From a virus: DNA of 64,000 nucleotides. The first letter of the stretch is position 1. Each line of letters opens with the position of its first letter. The notes below the pieces were generated by a model. That model did no database searches. It was not told the DNA's origin and worked only from the letters and a program-made list of their open reading frames with translations. The stretch is taken from the IMG/VR virus record IMGVR_UViG_3300032282_005530, positions 18,366 through 82,365 of that record. One strand, 5' to 3'. The position numbers were made by a program, and so were the translations under genes. Below are positions 31,818-40,802 of this stretch, piece after piece.

Positions 31818-32519
31818 TTAGGTTCCTAGTAAGAGTTCTATTTTTTCAAAAACAGCAGGAGAAATCTTTTTAACATTGTCGTATTCACGACGAGCAAAAT
31901 ATTCCTCAAAGCAATTAGCAAAATATTCTCTCAAGGAAGTTGCGCCATATGGCGATACAAATAAATTTGGTGTCAATTGTGTTAGAGTTGGATATCCTAC
32001 AATTAGGTAAAGAAACTCATCAAACTTTTGACTAAATTCTGTATTACCGTAAGACGCGTCGGACACCTGATTGTACCCGTATGCCTTCAGCAAGTCAAGC
32101 AAAGCACGTCTTTTGCGTAAAAATTCTTCCTCTATCTTGCCATCTTCATATATATCCATACCATAAGTTTCTTCTACGCAATGTGCTATTTCATGAACAA
32201 TATCTTCGTAAACATCTTGTTCGTCATCTTGTTCAGGAAGAACGTATATCGCTCCATCTTTATAAAGAGCATTTAAATCTCTCTTCAACAAGAAATCATA
32301 ATCTCCAATATAAATTCCATCTAAATTTTGAACAAAATGCTCTGGAATAATAATTTGTAATTTTTTTAAAATGTTATTTAAATTAATGTTTTCCGGCATT
32401 TCTTGTTGCTGAATTACATTAATATTACCAAATATAGTTTGTTCTATTAGTTTGACTTGATACGAAGATTTAAAATATCTATTGAAGTTTCTGCTCATTT
32501 TCAGCTCGCTCCATATCAA
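31818..32519 (-). CDS. Hypothetical protein with zincin HExxH motif
   Basis: VHEIAH...REYFA. Confidence 0.55.
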   Translation of the reverse strand: MIWSELKMSRNFNRYFKSSYQVKLIEQTIFGNINVIQQQEMPENINLNNILKKLQIIIPEHFVQNLDGIYIGDYDFLLKRDLNALYKDGAIYVLPEQDDEQDVYEDIVHEIAHCVEETYGMDIYEDGKIEEEFLRKRRALLDLLKAYGYNQVSDASYGNTEFSQKFDEFLYLIVGYPTLTQLTPNLFVSPYGATSLREYFANCFEEYFARREYDNVKKISPAVFEKIELLLGT

Positions 32520-32727
32520 GAAGACATTGTCTATATCCTCTTAAAAAATTTTCCTGTGCTACAAGTAGTAAAAAATCTGGAAATTCTTTTGCTAATACAT
32601 CTACACACATTTCGACGTTTACTTCGCCGTTTTCTGGTTTTAATTTTTCACCAACATATTGAACAAACATTTCTTTTAGTGGATTATCTTTTTGTACCAC
32701 TGTTTCTTCTAATTCTCTATCGTCCAT
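32479..32727 (-). CDS. Hypothetical protein
   Basis: ORF with GAGGAG RBS. Confidence 0.6.
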   Translation of the reverse strand: MDDRELEETVVQKDNPLKEMFVQYVGEKLKPENGEVNVEMCVDVLAKEFPDFLLLVAQENFLRGYRQCLLDMERAENEQKLQ

Positions 32728-32746
32728 ATTATCTCCTCAAAGTATT

Positions 32747-33403
32747 TTATTTATTATCTCTAACAATTCCATGACAGGAACAATTTGGTATTCCTAGATT
32801 ATCAAAATTAAGCGAAATAATTTGCTCTTTTGATACAAAATTTTTCAATTCTTCACTCATTTTATATTCACCATTTTCAAATTTTATTAAACCTTTTTTA
32901 TAAAGTTCAAAAATTAATTTTTCTGCTGTGTCGTGAGAGTGATTGTGAATTTGATTTGATTCTTTTCTATCTTGTCCGGAACATAAAAATAGATTTTCTG
33001 GTGTGTTATTTAATTTATCTCCGTCAATATGGTGAATTATTTCGTGCTCTTCTAGATGTCTTCCTATTTGTTTTTCTATAACTAAAATATGCTCCATAAT
33101 ATATCTACCGCCTCTATATGGTTTTGAACGAGGGTGATCGTCAACCAAAACTGCTTTATATCCACCGCCCTGTTTTCTCCAACCTTTTCTAATATTTCCC
33201 AAGCTTATCTTTTTTTTTAATTCTTTTGATAATTTTTTTCCCCAATTAGGATGATTTTCACCAGATACAGAACACTTTCTACATAAATGCTCTTTTTTGT
33301 ATTTTGCCGTTATGTATTTAACATTTCTTTCTTTATTACACTTTTCACATTTAACTTTTATTATATCTTTCCAAGATTTTTCTTCTATATTATCTAATAT
33401 CAT
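32747..33403 (-). CDS. Free-standing HNH homing endonuclease (NUMOD3-like segment)
   Basis: GENHPNWGKK; EHILV..IHHIDGDKLNNTPENL. Confidence 0.8.
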   Translation of the reverse strand: MILDNIEEKSWKDIIKVKCEKCNKERNVKYITAKYKKEHLCRKCSVSGENHPNWGKKLSKELKKKISLGNIRKGWRKQGGGYKAVLVDDHPRSKPYRGGRYIMEHILVIEKQIGRHLEEHEIIHHIDGDKLNNTPENLFLCSGQDRKESNQIHNHSHDTAEKLIFELYKKGLIKFENGEYKMSEELKNFVSKEQIISLNFDNLGIPNCSCHGIVRDNK

Positions 33404-33438
33404 TTCACTATCTCCTTTTTAGAAGTAAATAGTGAAAT
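33402..33438 (-). promoter_or_regulatory. RBS/start-sequestering hairpin containing putative late promoter
   Basis: Minus strand ATTTCACTAT-TTACTTCTAAAAAGGAG-ATAGTGAAAT(G): 10-bp perfect stem covering the start codon, SD enclosed. Confidence 0.6.
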
Positions 33439-33454
33439 AAAATATTTTCTACCT

Positions 33455-34771
33455 TTATAAAATACGAGCCGCCAAACTTGCAACAGCAGATCTTTCACCC
33501 TTGGTAAGGGTTACGTGGCCGGCTAATTGTGTTGATTTAAATTTTTCAACAGCGTAGGCAAGTCCGTTACTTGTATCATTAACATAGACATTATCTATTT
33601 GCTCTATATCGCCCGTTAAAACGATTTTGGTGTCTTCGCCTACACGAGTGACGATTGTTTTTAGTTCGTGCGCTGAGAGGTTTTGTGCTTCGTCTATAAT
33701 CATGAATGCCTTGGCGATGCTGCGACCACGAATATAGGTTAGAGCTTCAATTTCAATTTGACCCTTCATCATATATTCTTGTAATAATTCTTTATCATTA
33801 CCAAGAAGGAACTGAAGATTGTCTTGGATTGGACTTAACCATGGCAACATTTTTTCTTCCATGGTTCCGGGCAAATAACCAATATCACGACCAAGTGGCT
33901 GAACTGGACGAGATACAATTAAGCGAGTATAAAGACCTTTTGTAAGCATTTGCTCTAATCCAGCAGCAATCGCAGTTAGAGTTTTACCTGAACCAGCTTT
34001 ACCTACAAGGGTTACAACTGGAACGGTTGGATCCATCAATAGGTCCATAGCGAAACTTTGCTCTCTATTACGAGATTCAATTCCATAAATATTATTTCTT
34101 CCCTTAAACTCACCAATCTTGCGAAGTGGAGTATCTTTATTTATAAATCTGGCGAGAGCAGTTTTGTTTGGATTATTATTGCTTATCAAAGTTAGATACT
34201 GATGTGGGTAGAGATAAGATGCTGCCTTGTCTTCTAAAAACATTTGCTCACCCTTATAGTGGCGATCAATAAATTCGTCATCAACAACAATTTCTTTAAA
34301 TCCAGAATACAATTCTGAACTACTGGAGATTACTTGATTTGAATCATATCCTTCAGAACCAAGACCTATTGAATCGCAAATAACTCGCATATTAATATCA
34401 CGAGATACAACAACAACTTTTTTATCTTGATTATTTTTCCATACCGCATATGCCGTAGCAATAATAACGTGATCTGGAACTGTCAAATCTAAATCGGCTG
34501 GAAAGGTAGAAGGAGAAAATGCAACAGATTTAAGAAGACCTTTGCCTTTTTGTAATCTTACACCTTCTTGTAGAGAACCTTTTTCTCTTAATTCATCAAG
34601 AATTTTAATAAAGTTACGAGCATTTTGTCCAACACCGTCTTGACGATTTTTATGTTTATCGACTTCTTCAAGAACTTTTAATGGAATATAAACATCATCT
34701 TTGCCAAAACTATAAACAGCATTAGCATTAGCCAAACAAACACTTGTATCTAGCACGAATATTTTTTTCAT
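33455..34771 (-). CDS. phoH: PIN-PhoH fusion protein
   Basis: FVLDTSV PIN N-terminus; GKAGSGKT; IGYLPG; YIRGRS; IIDEAQN; GDIEQID. Confidence 0.9.
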   Translation of the reverse strand: MKKIFVLDTSVCLANANAVYSFGKDDVYIPLKVLEEVDKHKNRQDGVGQNARNFIKILDELREKGSLQEGVRLQKGKGLLKSVAFSPSTFPADLDLTVPDHVIIATAYAVWKNNQDKKVVVVSRDINMRVICDSIGLGSEGYDSNQVISSSSELYSGFKEIVVDDEFIDRHYKGEQMFLEDKAASYLYPHQYLTLISNNNPNKTALARFINKDTPLRKIGEFKGRNNIYGIESRNREQSFAMDLLMDPTVPVVTLVGKAGSGKTLTAIAAGLEQMLTKGLYTRLIVSRPVQPLGRDIGYLPGTMEEKMLPWLSPIQDNLQFLLGNDKELLQEYMMKGQIEIEALTYIRGRSIAKAFMIIDEAQNLSAHELKTIVTRVGEDTKIVLTGDIEQIDNVYVNDTSNGLAYAVEKFKSTQLAGHVTLTKGERSAVASLAARIL

Positions 34772-34834
34772 TTTGTTACCAACTTTTCTTTATAATAATT
34801 ATGTATTTTAACCTGCGGCAATATAGTTACATAT

Positions 34835-35587
34835 ATGCCGCAGTTTTTTAAACAACTATTTGGCATGATTTTACTAGTGATATTCTCTACTAGTTGCGGA
34901 TGTGTAACTGTATTAAATTCAGTTAATTTCAAAAATGCTCCAAGAGAATCGTTTGTTAAGGTTGAAATTCTCACTTCTGAATACGCCTCTATGGGCTCTG
35001 GAGTAATTATCAACCATATCGATAATTTGAACACGATTATTCTTACTGCTGGTCATGTTTGTGATTTTAACACAATAGCAATCAGAGTTTTAGATCTACA
35101 AGAAAATAAATATCCTGTTATTGGATTTGTAGTTTCTTCTGAAGACGATTTATGCTTGCTTATAACAGAAACAATAATACCAGCCAATCCATTAAAAATG
35201 GCTGAAAATGCTCCCGAAATAGGAGATCATATTTATAATATTGCTGCACCATTAGGATTACATGGTCCAAATATGGCATTAATGTTTGATGGATATTATG
35301 AAGGTGCTGTTCAACTGCAAGAAGAAGAATATAAATCTAGCGTTTATAAATTAGTTGGTGTTGGTGGAAGTTCTGGTTCTCCAATTTTTAATGAAAATTG
35401 GGAAATAATAGGAATTATTTCTCGTGGAGTTCCAGATTTTCAACATGTTATGTTGGCAACAAATCACGAAAGAACTAGTTTATTTTACAAATATTCTTTC
35501 ACTTATGATTTTAAAATAAAAATATTACAATCAAGAAAAATAAAAGAAAATTTTTCTGAAAAAGTAAAAGAAATATTTAATCAATAA
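34835..35587 (+). CDS. Trypsin-like serine protease with signal/lipoprotein-like N-terminus
   Basis: TAGHVC, DLCLL, GGSSGSP triad motifs. Confidence 0.8.
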   Translation: MPQFFKQLFGMILLVIFSTSCGCVTVLNSVNFKNAPRESFVKVEILTSEYASMGSGVIINHIDNLNTIILTAGHVCDFNTIAIRVLDLQENKYPVIGFVVSSEDDLCLLITETIIPANPLKMAENAPEIGDHIYNIAAPLGLHGPNMALMFDGYYEGAVQLQEEEYKSSVYKLVGVGGSSGSPIFNENWEIIGIISRGVPDFQHVMLATNHERTSLFYKYSFTYDFKIKILQSRKIKENFSEKVKEIFNQ

Positions 35588-35588
35588 T

Positions 35589-35771
35589 TTATTTATTTAA
35601 TTTTTTAATTATCTCACGAGAAACTAAAACTTCTTTAAATCCACCGGGTATTTCTAAAAACGCGCCACCGTCATATTCAGACCAGCCTTCAATTATATAA
35701 ATTAACTCTTCTATTTCTTCTTGAGTTAGTTGATCTTTAAATTCGAAATCAAAAGTTACTCGCAACTTCAT
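35589..35771 (-). CDS. Hypothetical protein (likely start MKLRV)
   Basis: ORF track 35589..35822; its extended 5' part overlaps a terminator. Confidence 0.5.
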   Translation of the reverse strand: MKLRVTFDFEFKDQLTQEEIEELIYIIEGWSEYDGGAFLEIPGGFKEVLVSREIIKKLNK

Positions 35772-35799
35772 ATAATATATAGTCTTTAAAAAAGACAAT

Positions 35800-35820
35800 A
35801 AAAAACCCCCTTTCGGGGGC
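35800..35820 (-). terminator. Rho-independent terminator after tRNA-Gln
   Basis: GCCCCC-GAAA-GGGGGT followed by T run. Confidence 0.8.
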
Positions 35821-35838
35821 AAATAATTATTAAGTTTT

Positions 35839-35912
35839 TGGTTGGGGAACAGGGACTCGAACCCCGATAAGTGGAATCAAAATCCACGGTCCTGCCATTA
35901 GACGATTCCCCA
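35839..35912 (-). tRNA. tRNA-Gln(TTG)
   Basis: Cloverleaf; anticodon arm GTGGA-TTTTGAT-TCCAC; CCA. Confidence 0.9.
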
Positions 35913-35921
35913 ATAAAATTA

Positions 35922-36503
35922 TTAAATATTATTAATTAATTCTTCAAACTTTTCGAATGATTCTCCAAAAATTATATGTGAATTATTTTTTATTTTTTCT
36001 CTACTCCAATTCCACCATTCTGATTTTAAAAGAATATCTATTTGTCTATCAGTAAATCTCTTCTTTACAACTTTTCCTGGATTACCAACAACAATAGAAT
36101 ACGGCTCTATATCTTTTGCTACTACGGCATGTGTTCCTATTACTGAACCTGTTCCTATTTTAACACCGGATAAAATTGTAGAAGATCTGCCTAGCCAAAC
36201 ATCATTCTCGATTATAATGTTTCCTTTAGTTAATAATTCTGTTGTTGTATCTGACTTCATATCTAAATCCGGTAGATATGTTGTTATACGTTTTATATTG
36301 TGGTTTCCTCCCAGAAAGAAAGATACTTGTGCTGCTATAGAGCAAAATTTTCCTATTTTTAATTTAGCCTGATGCTCAGTAGCTTGTTCGTAATAAACAA
36401 CAGAATTTAACAAAGAATTAAAACTAACAGTTATTCTTGTTGAAGAATCGATGTTTATTATGTGTGGTATATCTTTATGCTTGTGAAGTTCAACTGCCAT
36501 CAT
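35922..36503 (-). CDS. Hexapeptide-repeat O-acetyltransferase (CatB/Vat-like)
   Basis: IGKFCSIA, IENDVWLG, VVGNPGKVVKKRF, WWNW. Confidence 0.85.
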   Translation of the reverse strand: MMAVELHKHKDIPHIINIDSSTRITVSFNSLLNSVVYYEQATEHQAKLKIGKFCSIAAQVSFFLGGNHNIKRITTYLPDLDMKSDTTTELLTKGNIIIENDVWLGRSSTILSGVKIGTGSVIGTHAVVAKDIEPYSIVVGNPGKVVKKRFTDRQIDILLKSEWWNWSREKIKNNSHIIFGESFEKFEELINNI

Positions 36504-36528
36504 ATATTTATAATTTTATATTAATATT

Positions 36529-36615
36529 TGGTGCCCCGAGCCGGAATCGAACCGGCATGACCTTGCGGTCGGCGGATTTTAAGTCCGCTGCGTCTACCTG
36601 TTCCGCCATCGGGGC
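36529..36615 (-). tRNA. tRNA-Leu(TAA)
   Basis: GCGGA-CTTAAAA-TCCGC; long variable arm; CCA. Confidence 0.92.
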
Positions 36616-36627
36616 AGGAACGAGATC

Positions 36628-36656
36628 AGTATAACACCGATCTCCCGGTCTGTCAA
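36628..36656 (-). promoter_or_regulatory. sigma70-type promoter for tRNA-Leu
   Basis: TTGACA-N17-TATACT, GATC in spacer. Confidence 0.75.
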
Positions 36657-37192
36657 GCCGCTGCCATCTGCTTTGTGTATTCAAAGAGCATAATGTTACA
36701 CGCTTGCGCCGTATTTAAACAAAAACCTATTCCCGGCATTGGAATTTGTACAACTTCACTGTGCTGGAGAATATCGGATGGTACTCCTGTTTGTTCGTTC
36801 CCCACCACAATACAGACCTTACGATCTGTCGGATACGCATAATCATACAAACTCCTTGAGCTGTCTGTTAATTCCGCTGATACAATATGAATATTATTCT
36901 CTCTGCAATAAGTTAAAAAATGATGTGGATTAGAAAACTTTTGAAGTTCTATGAAGTCACTTGTAGTACCTGAAAGCTCTCTTAGTTCTTTTGGTTCCGG
37001 ACAACAACCAATCAGATTTACTTTACTTGCTCCAAAACAAGCAGCGGCCCTTATAACATAACCAATATTTGGTTCATGTTTAAAATTAATACAAGCAACC
37101 TCTACTGGAAACTTAACAGAGAGTTTTTCTTTGTTCTTATATCTTTCTCGACGAGTTTCACCGCGCATATTCACTCCATAAAAAGAAAACAA
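36653..37192 (-). CDS. SpoU/TrmH-family (TrmL-like) RNA 2'-O-methyltransferase
   Basis: NIGYVIRAAACFG; VVGNEQTG; IPMPG..CLNTA. Confidence 0.85.
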   Translation of the reverse strand: MFSFYGVNMRGETRRERYKNKEKLSVKFPVEVACINFKHEPNIGYVIRAAACFGASKVNLIGCCPEPKELRELSGTTSDFIELQKFSNPHHFLTYCRENNIHIVSAELTDSSRSLYDYAYPTDRKVCIVVGNEQTGVPSDILQHSEVVQIPMPGIGFCLNTAQACNIMLFEYTKQMAAA

Positions 37193-37491
37193 CTTGTTGG
37201 CATATTATCAGAGCATTCAATATTCCTTAGTTCTTCTTTACAAAGATAAATCATTTGCAAATCTGGTAGTTCTACGTTACACATTTCTCCATCTTTTACA
37301 ACTTTATCGCAATCTTCTACATCAAATCCAGTACAGGCATGTGCTTGTACACACAAAACTTCATATGCATCATTACAAGCAGATTTTTTCTTATTTAATG
37401 ACATTTGTAGTTCTACTGCATTTTTAGCAGTAATACCAAATAAAAAACCACCCGCTAATCCTATAATACAAAAAAGAATATTTTTTTTCAT
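37171..37491 (-). CDS. Hypothetical Cys-rich exported protein
   Basis: N-terminal hydrophobic segment; multiple Cys. Confidence 0.55.
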   Translation of the reverse strand: MKKNILFCIIGLAGGFLFGITAKNAVELQMSLNKKKSACNDAYEVLCVQAHACTGFDVEDCDKVVKDGEMCNVELPDLQMIYLCKEELRNIECSDNMPTSCFLFME

Positions 37492-38030
37492 GTATTTAAT
37501 CCTTTTCTCTTTGTTCCATCATTACCTTTATGAACTATGAAATCGGCAGCATAAATAGCAAAAATAGAATCAGGCTTACAGTATGCTTTAAATCCCATCG
37601 ATTCAGCATACCCAATAGCACCAGCAACAAGTCGACTCGATTCATAGGTAATATCTGGATTCAAATCAAAGTCAATACATTCAATATCTATTGAATAATC
37701 GTCTCTTAACGTCGTAGCAAACTCAATTGCTTTCTCGACCTCAACCCAAAGACGAACTTGTGGTTCTTCAATTTTAGCAATTTTTTCTTTTGAATAAAGA
37801 ATAAAAGCACCACTCTTGTCTGGATGAATTCCGACAAGAGTAGTAATAAAGACAGTTTTATCCTTGATGTTCATACTATCACATCCAACACGATATTTAA
37901 TATTTGGATGTTTTGAAATCACATCTTCTAGTGATACTTCTGAACCATCGTGTAAAGTTTTAATTTTTAGTTCCATAAACATTCCTAGGAATATAAACAA
38001 GACTGCCCTGTTTTTAGGCAGGGCAGTCAT
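37488..38030 (-). CDS. RNase H-like YkuK/DUF458-family protein
   Basis: VGCDS...RLWVEVEKAIE...KPDS..A..AAD. Confidence 0.7.
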   Translation of the reverse strand: MTALPKNRAVLFIFLGMFMELKIKTLHDGSEVSLEDVISKHPNIKYRVGCDSMNIKDKTVFITTLVGIHPDKSGAFILYSKEKIAKIEEPQVRLWVEVEKAIEFATTLRDDYSIDIECIDFDLNPDITYESSRLVAGAIGYAESMGFKAYCKPDSIFAIYAADFIVHKGNDGTKRKGLNT

Positions 38031-38041
38031 CTAATCATCTA

Positions 38042-38380
38042 TCAAGTAGCAGGCTTCCAACCAAGCTTTTTAAAGTGTTCTGAACGAGAACTAAACCACT
38101 CTCGTCCCTTCTCTGAATCATTGCGGGAGATAAATTTAATTCCTTTTGTAGTTACTGGATAAGCTACATGCTTCAATCCACTTAGATTAGCAAGTGCTAC
38201 TGTCTTTACTCGGAAAGGAATTTCATCAACCATAACAACCATTCCGTGTTGTGGAACGAAATTAGCCTCAACAGTCTTTACGAGTGTTGAATTCTGGTGT
38301 TCTTCACGACCACGAAGTTCAAGATCAAGATTTAGTTCAATTGTACGCTTATCAGACATAACATTTCTCCTTTTGTTCAA
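38042..38380 (-). CDS. Hypothetical protein
   Basis: ORF; AGGAG RBS before MSDKR. Confidence 0.55.
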   Translation of the reverse strand: MNKRRNVMSDKRTIELNLDLELRGREEHQNSTLVKTVEANFVPQHGMVVMVDEIPFRVKTVALANLSGLKHVAYPVTTKGIKFISRNDSEKGREWFSSRSEHFKKLGWKPAT

Positions 38381-38392
38381 GTGTCGGTAGTC

Positions 38393-38890
38393 TCAATCTA
38401 CCATGCACATATCATATCTTTCTACATCAATACCAGATTTTTTTAAGATGTCTAATCCTTTTGAATCTCGGTATTCATCACAAAAAATAACTTTTTTAAT
38501 TCCAGCATTAACAATCATACGAGCACAAACAGGACAAGGCGAATGAGTGAGATACATTTTTTTGTTTCTGTGATCTCCAAAATTCATCTTGATCAACGCA
38601 TTTGCTTCTGCGTGGATGAACCCACTTTTACCCGGCTCCATACTATCAGGTTGATTATTTCCACCTTGCTCGTCTCCGTTGTAACCAATAGCAAGAACAC
38701 TAGTATTGTCTTCTGTAACAATTACAGAACCAACTTTCAATCTGGGATCACGGGAACGTTCTGCGATATGCAGAGTTAATCCCATCCAGATTTCATCCCA
38801 CTTTGGTTTTTTCTTTGGTCTTGCCATACTTTTCCCCATAACATTCATCACAAAGTTTTTCTTCTTGTAATGTTGTCCATTCCCATTCAT
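38393..38890 (-). CDS. dCMP deaminase (likely start MARPKK)
   Basis: GYNG, HAEANA, SPCPVC. Confidence 0.9.
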   Translation of the reverse strand: MNGNGQHYKKKNFVMNVMGKSMARPKKKPKWDEIWMGLTLHIAERSRDPRLKVGSVIVTEDNTSVLAIGYNGDEQGGNNQPDSMEPGKSGFIHAEANALIKMNFGDHRNKKMYLTHSPCPVCARMIVNAGIKKVIFCDEYRDSKGLDILKKSGIDVERYDMCMVD

Positions 38891-39011
38891 TCATACAACA
38901 ATCACAAAGCTTTGATGGGTCTTTAATCGCCGCTCTATTCGCTTTTGACAAGACTCTTGCTGCTTTTAATGCTGCTTTAAGTATTTTGCCTTCTTTTTTA
39001 TTTTCATTCAT
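38793..39011 (-). CDS. Hypothetical protein with CxxC pairs
   Basis: CDCC...CDEC. Confidence 0.5.
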   Translation of the reverse strand: MNENKKEGKILKAALKAARVLSKANRAAIKDPSKLCDCCMNEWEWTTLQEEKLCDECYGEKYGKTKEKTKVG

Positions 39012-39015
39012 GATT

Positions 39016-39092
39016 TGGCGCTCTCGGAGAGATTCGAACTCCCGACCTTACGGGTAGAAACCGTCGGCTCTATCCAACTGAGCTACGAGAGC
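39016..39092 (-). tRNA. tRNA-Arg(TCT)
   Basis: ACGG-TTTCTAC-CCGT; GGATAGAGC D-loop; CCA. Confidence 0.88.
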
Positions 39093-39100
39093 ATTTCCTT

Positions 39101-39265
39101 TCACTTTCCTAATACACGATACAAATCAAAACATCCACTACACTGACCTATTGATAATACGATAATCAATAGGGTTGAAACGGCGCCCAACTGTCTTGAA
39201 AATTCTTTTACAGCACCGGCCCAAGTTTCAGTAACTACAATCGTATTTTTATTCTGTTCTGTCAT
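39101..39265 (-). CDS. Small 54-aa putative membrane protein (not in track)
   Basis: MTEQNKNTIVVTETWAGAVKEFSRQLGAVSTLLIIVLSIGQCSGCFDLYRVLGK fills the gap between two tRNAs. Confidence 0.5.
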   Translation of the reverse strand: MTEQNKNTIVVTETWAGAVKEFSRQLGAVSTLLIIVLSIGQCSGCFDLYRVLGK

Positions 39266-39278
39266 TTTCTTCTCTATT

Positions 39279-39355
39279 TGGCTGTCCAGGTTGGGGTCGA
39301 ACCAACGACTTCGTGATTAACAGTCACGCGCTACTACCAACTGAGCTACTGGACA
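39279..39355 (-). tRNA. tRNA-Asn(GTT)
   Basis: CGTGA-CTGTTAA-TCACG; CCA. Confidence 0.9.
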
Positions 39356-39821
39356 ATAAAATATTTCTTTCATTTTTGTCTATCATATTTCTGATATTTT
39401 CAATTTTATCAGAAAATCTTTTATCTGTTTCATATTTTTTAAATATGTATGAATTATTTTCTATGTGGGTTTTTATTCGGTGGCAATTTGCGCATAATAT
39501 TCTACATTTTGCTATTTCATTTTTTATAGCTTCAGACTTTACACCTATTCTTACCATTTCAGAAACAGACTCAGTTTTATTATCAATATGATCAAACTCT
39601 AAAACCATTGGATTTTGTTCTTCGCATATAAAACATTTGTGCGCTTCTTTTATTTCTAAAACTACATCTTGTAAACGATTTCTGTTATTTTTTACTCTTT
39701 CTTGTTGCTTTAATTTATTTTTATTCCACCAAATACTTTGATTTTTTTTATTACATGAACGACATTGTTTTCTTCCATTTTTGTAAACTACTTTTTCTTC
39801 ATTATGCTCTTTACAAATCAC
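39324..39821 (-). CDS. HNH endonuclease; 3' end overlaps tRNA-Asn
   Basis: CFICEE..LEFDHID..CRILCANCHRIKT. Confidence 0.8.
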   Translation of the reverse strand: MICKEHNEEKVVYKNGRKQCRSCNKKNQSIWWNKNKLKQQERVKNNRNRLQDVVLEIKEAHKCFICEEQNPMVLEFDHIDNKTESVSEMVRIGVKSEAIKNEIAKCRILCANCHRIKTHIENNSYIFKKYETDKRFSDKIENIRNMIDKNERNILLSSSSVGSSA

Positions 39822-39822
39822 T

Positions 39823-39898
39823 TGGTACTCCCGGTGGGATTCGAACCCACATTTGTACGCTTATAAGGCGCGCGCATTAACCGTAATGCTACAGGAGT
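39823..39898 (-). tRNA. tRNA-Ile(TAT)
   Basis: CGC-CTTATAA-GCG anticodon arm; GTTCGAATC; A-CCA. Confidence 0.8.
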
Positions 39899-39964
39899 AA
39901 ATAGTACTTATAACTTGTAAGAGACTTATAAAACTTCTACCGAGTTACGAGAGCACATGCATGC

Positions 39965-39993
39965 ATCATAGCAGAGATCGCTGGCCGCGTCAA
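39965..39993 (-). promoter_or_regulatory. sigma70-type promoter upstream of tRNA-Ile
   Basis: TTGACG-N17-TATGAT with extended -10 (TGC) and GATC. Confidence 0.7.
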
Positions 39994-40007
39994 GCACGGC
40001 ACAACGG

Positions 40008-40253
40008 TCATTTATTTTTTTTATTCTTTTTTGGCGTTTCTTCTGTTTGAACTAATGCTGGATTTGTTCTTACTTTGACTACAAATGTTTCAACTCCAGC
40101 AGCGTTTACAAAACGTTTTACTTTTACCTGTTTTGTTTCATCGGATAGAAAAGTTTTTCTAAATGTATCCGCTTCTCCGAATGTTGAAAACACTCGCTTA
40201 TTATCCCATGGTGGTCCATCTTTATGTGGAACTTTTTCAACTTGTTCTGTCAT
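40008..40253 (-). CDS. Hypothetical protein
   Basis: ORF. Confidence 0.55.
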   Translation of the reverse strand: MTEQVEKVPHKDGPPWDNKRVFSTFGEADTFRKTFLSDETKQVKVKRFVNAAGVETFVVKVRTNPALVQTEETPKKNKKNK

Positions 40254-40593
40254 TTTTTTTCTCTCTTTCTTTATTAAATTTCTCTAATCTAACTCGATGC
40301 TGATGTAACAAAACAATCAAACGATTGGTATTATCTTGATCGAGATTTACAACATCCCAATTTCCATATTTGCACTTATAGCCAAGTAGATATTTACCTA
40401 CTGTGACTAGTTTTCCAATAATATTTTTTGGCTGTATTAATTGAAAGTGAAAAAATAATTCTGGTGGCCATTCACCATCGCTTTGTTCACTTGTTACGCA
40501 AAATGTATGTTCCTTACTGGAACAAGTGCATTCAAAATAATCATTCATACCGGTTGGACCCATTTTTCTAAAAATAATTCTTCTTCGGTACAA
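40237..40593 (-). CDS. Hypothetical protein
   Basis: ORF (start possibly MNDYFEC). Confidence 0.5.
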   Translation of the reverse strand: MYRRRIIFRKMGPTGMNDYFECTCSSKEHTFCVTSEQSDGEWPPELFFHFQLIQPKNIIGKLVTVGKYLLGYKCKYGNWDVVNLDQDNTNRLIVLLHQHRVRLEKFNKEREKKNDRTS

Positions 40594-40790
40594 TTATCAT
40601 GAAAACCAATCCATATTTGTTGGTGAGAGCTAATAAATTTAAATATATCATTAAACTCACCACTAATAAGATATACTCTACCGGTTATTCCATTTTCGAC
40701 TGTATATTTTCCACAATCTTTTTCTACGAGAAGTGGAGGAAGAACAGGTTTTGTGAACTTGTCCATAAAAACAAACATACTGTAATGCAT
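40545..40790 (-). CDS. Hypothetical protein
   Basis: ORF. Confidence 0.45.
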   Translation of the reverse strand: MHYSMFVFMDKFTKPVLPPLLVEKDCGKYTVENGITGRVYLISGEFNDIFKFISSHQQIWIGFHDNCTEEELFLEKWVQPV

Positions 40791-40802
40791 TTTATTCTCT
40801 TT

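Noticed and set aside
35922-36503. Antibiotic-resistance gene (vat/catB)
   Set aside because: The hexapeptide acetyltransferase fold is shared with sugar O-acetyltransferases; specificity cannot be assigned from motifs
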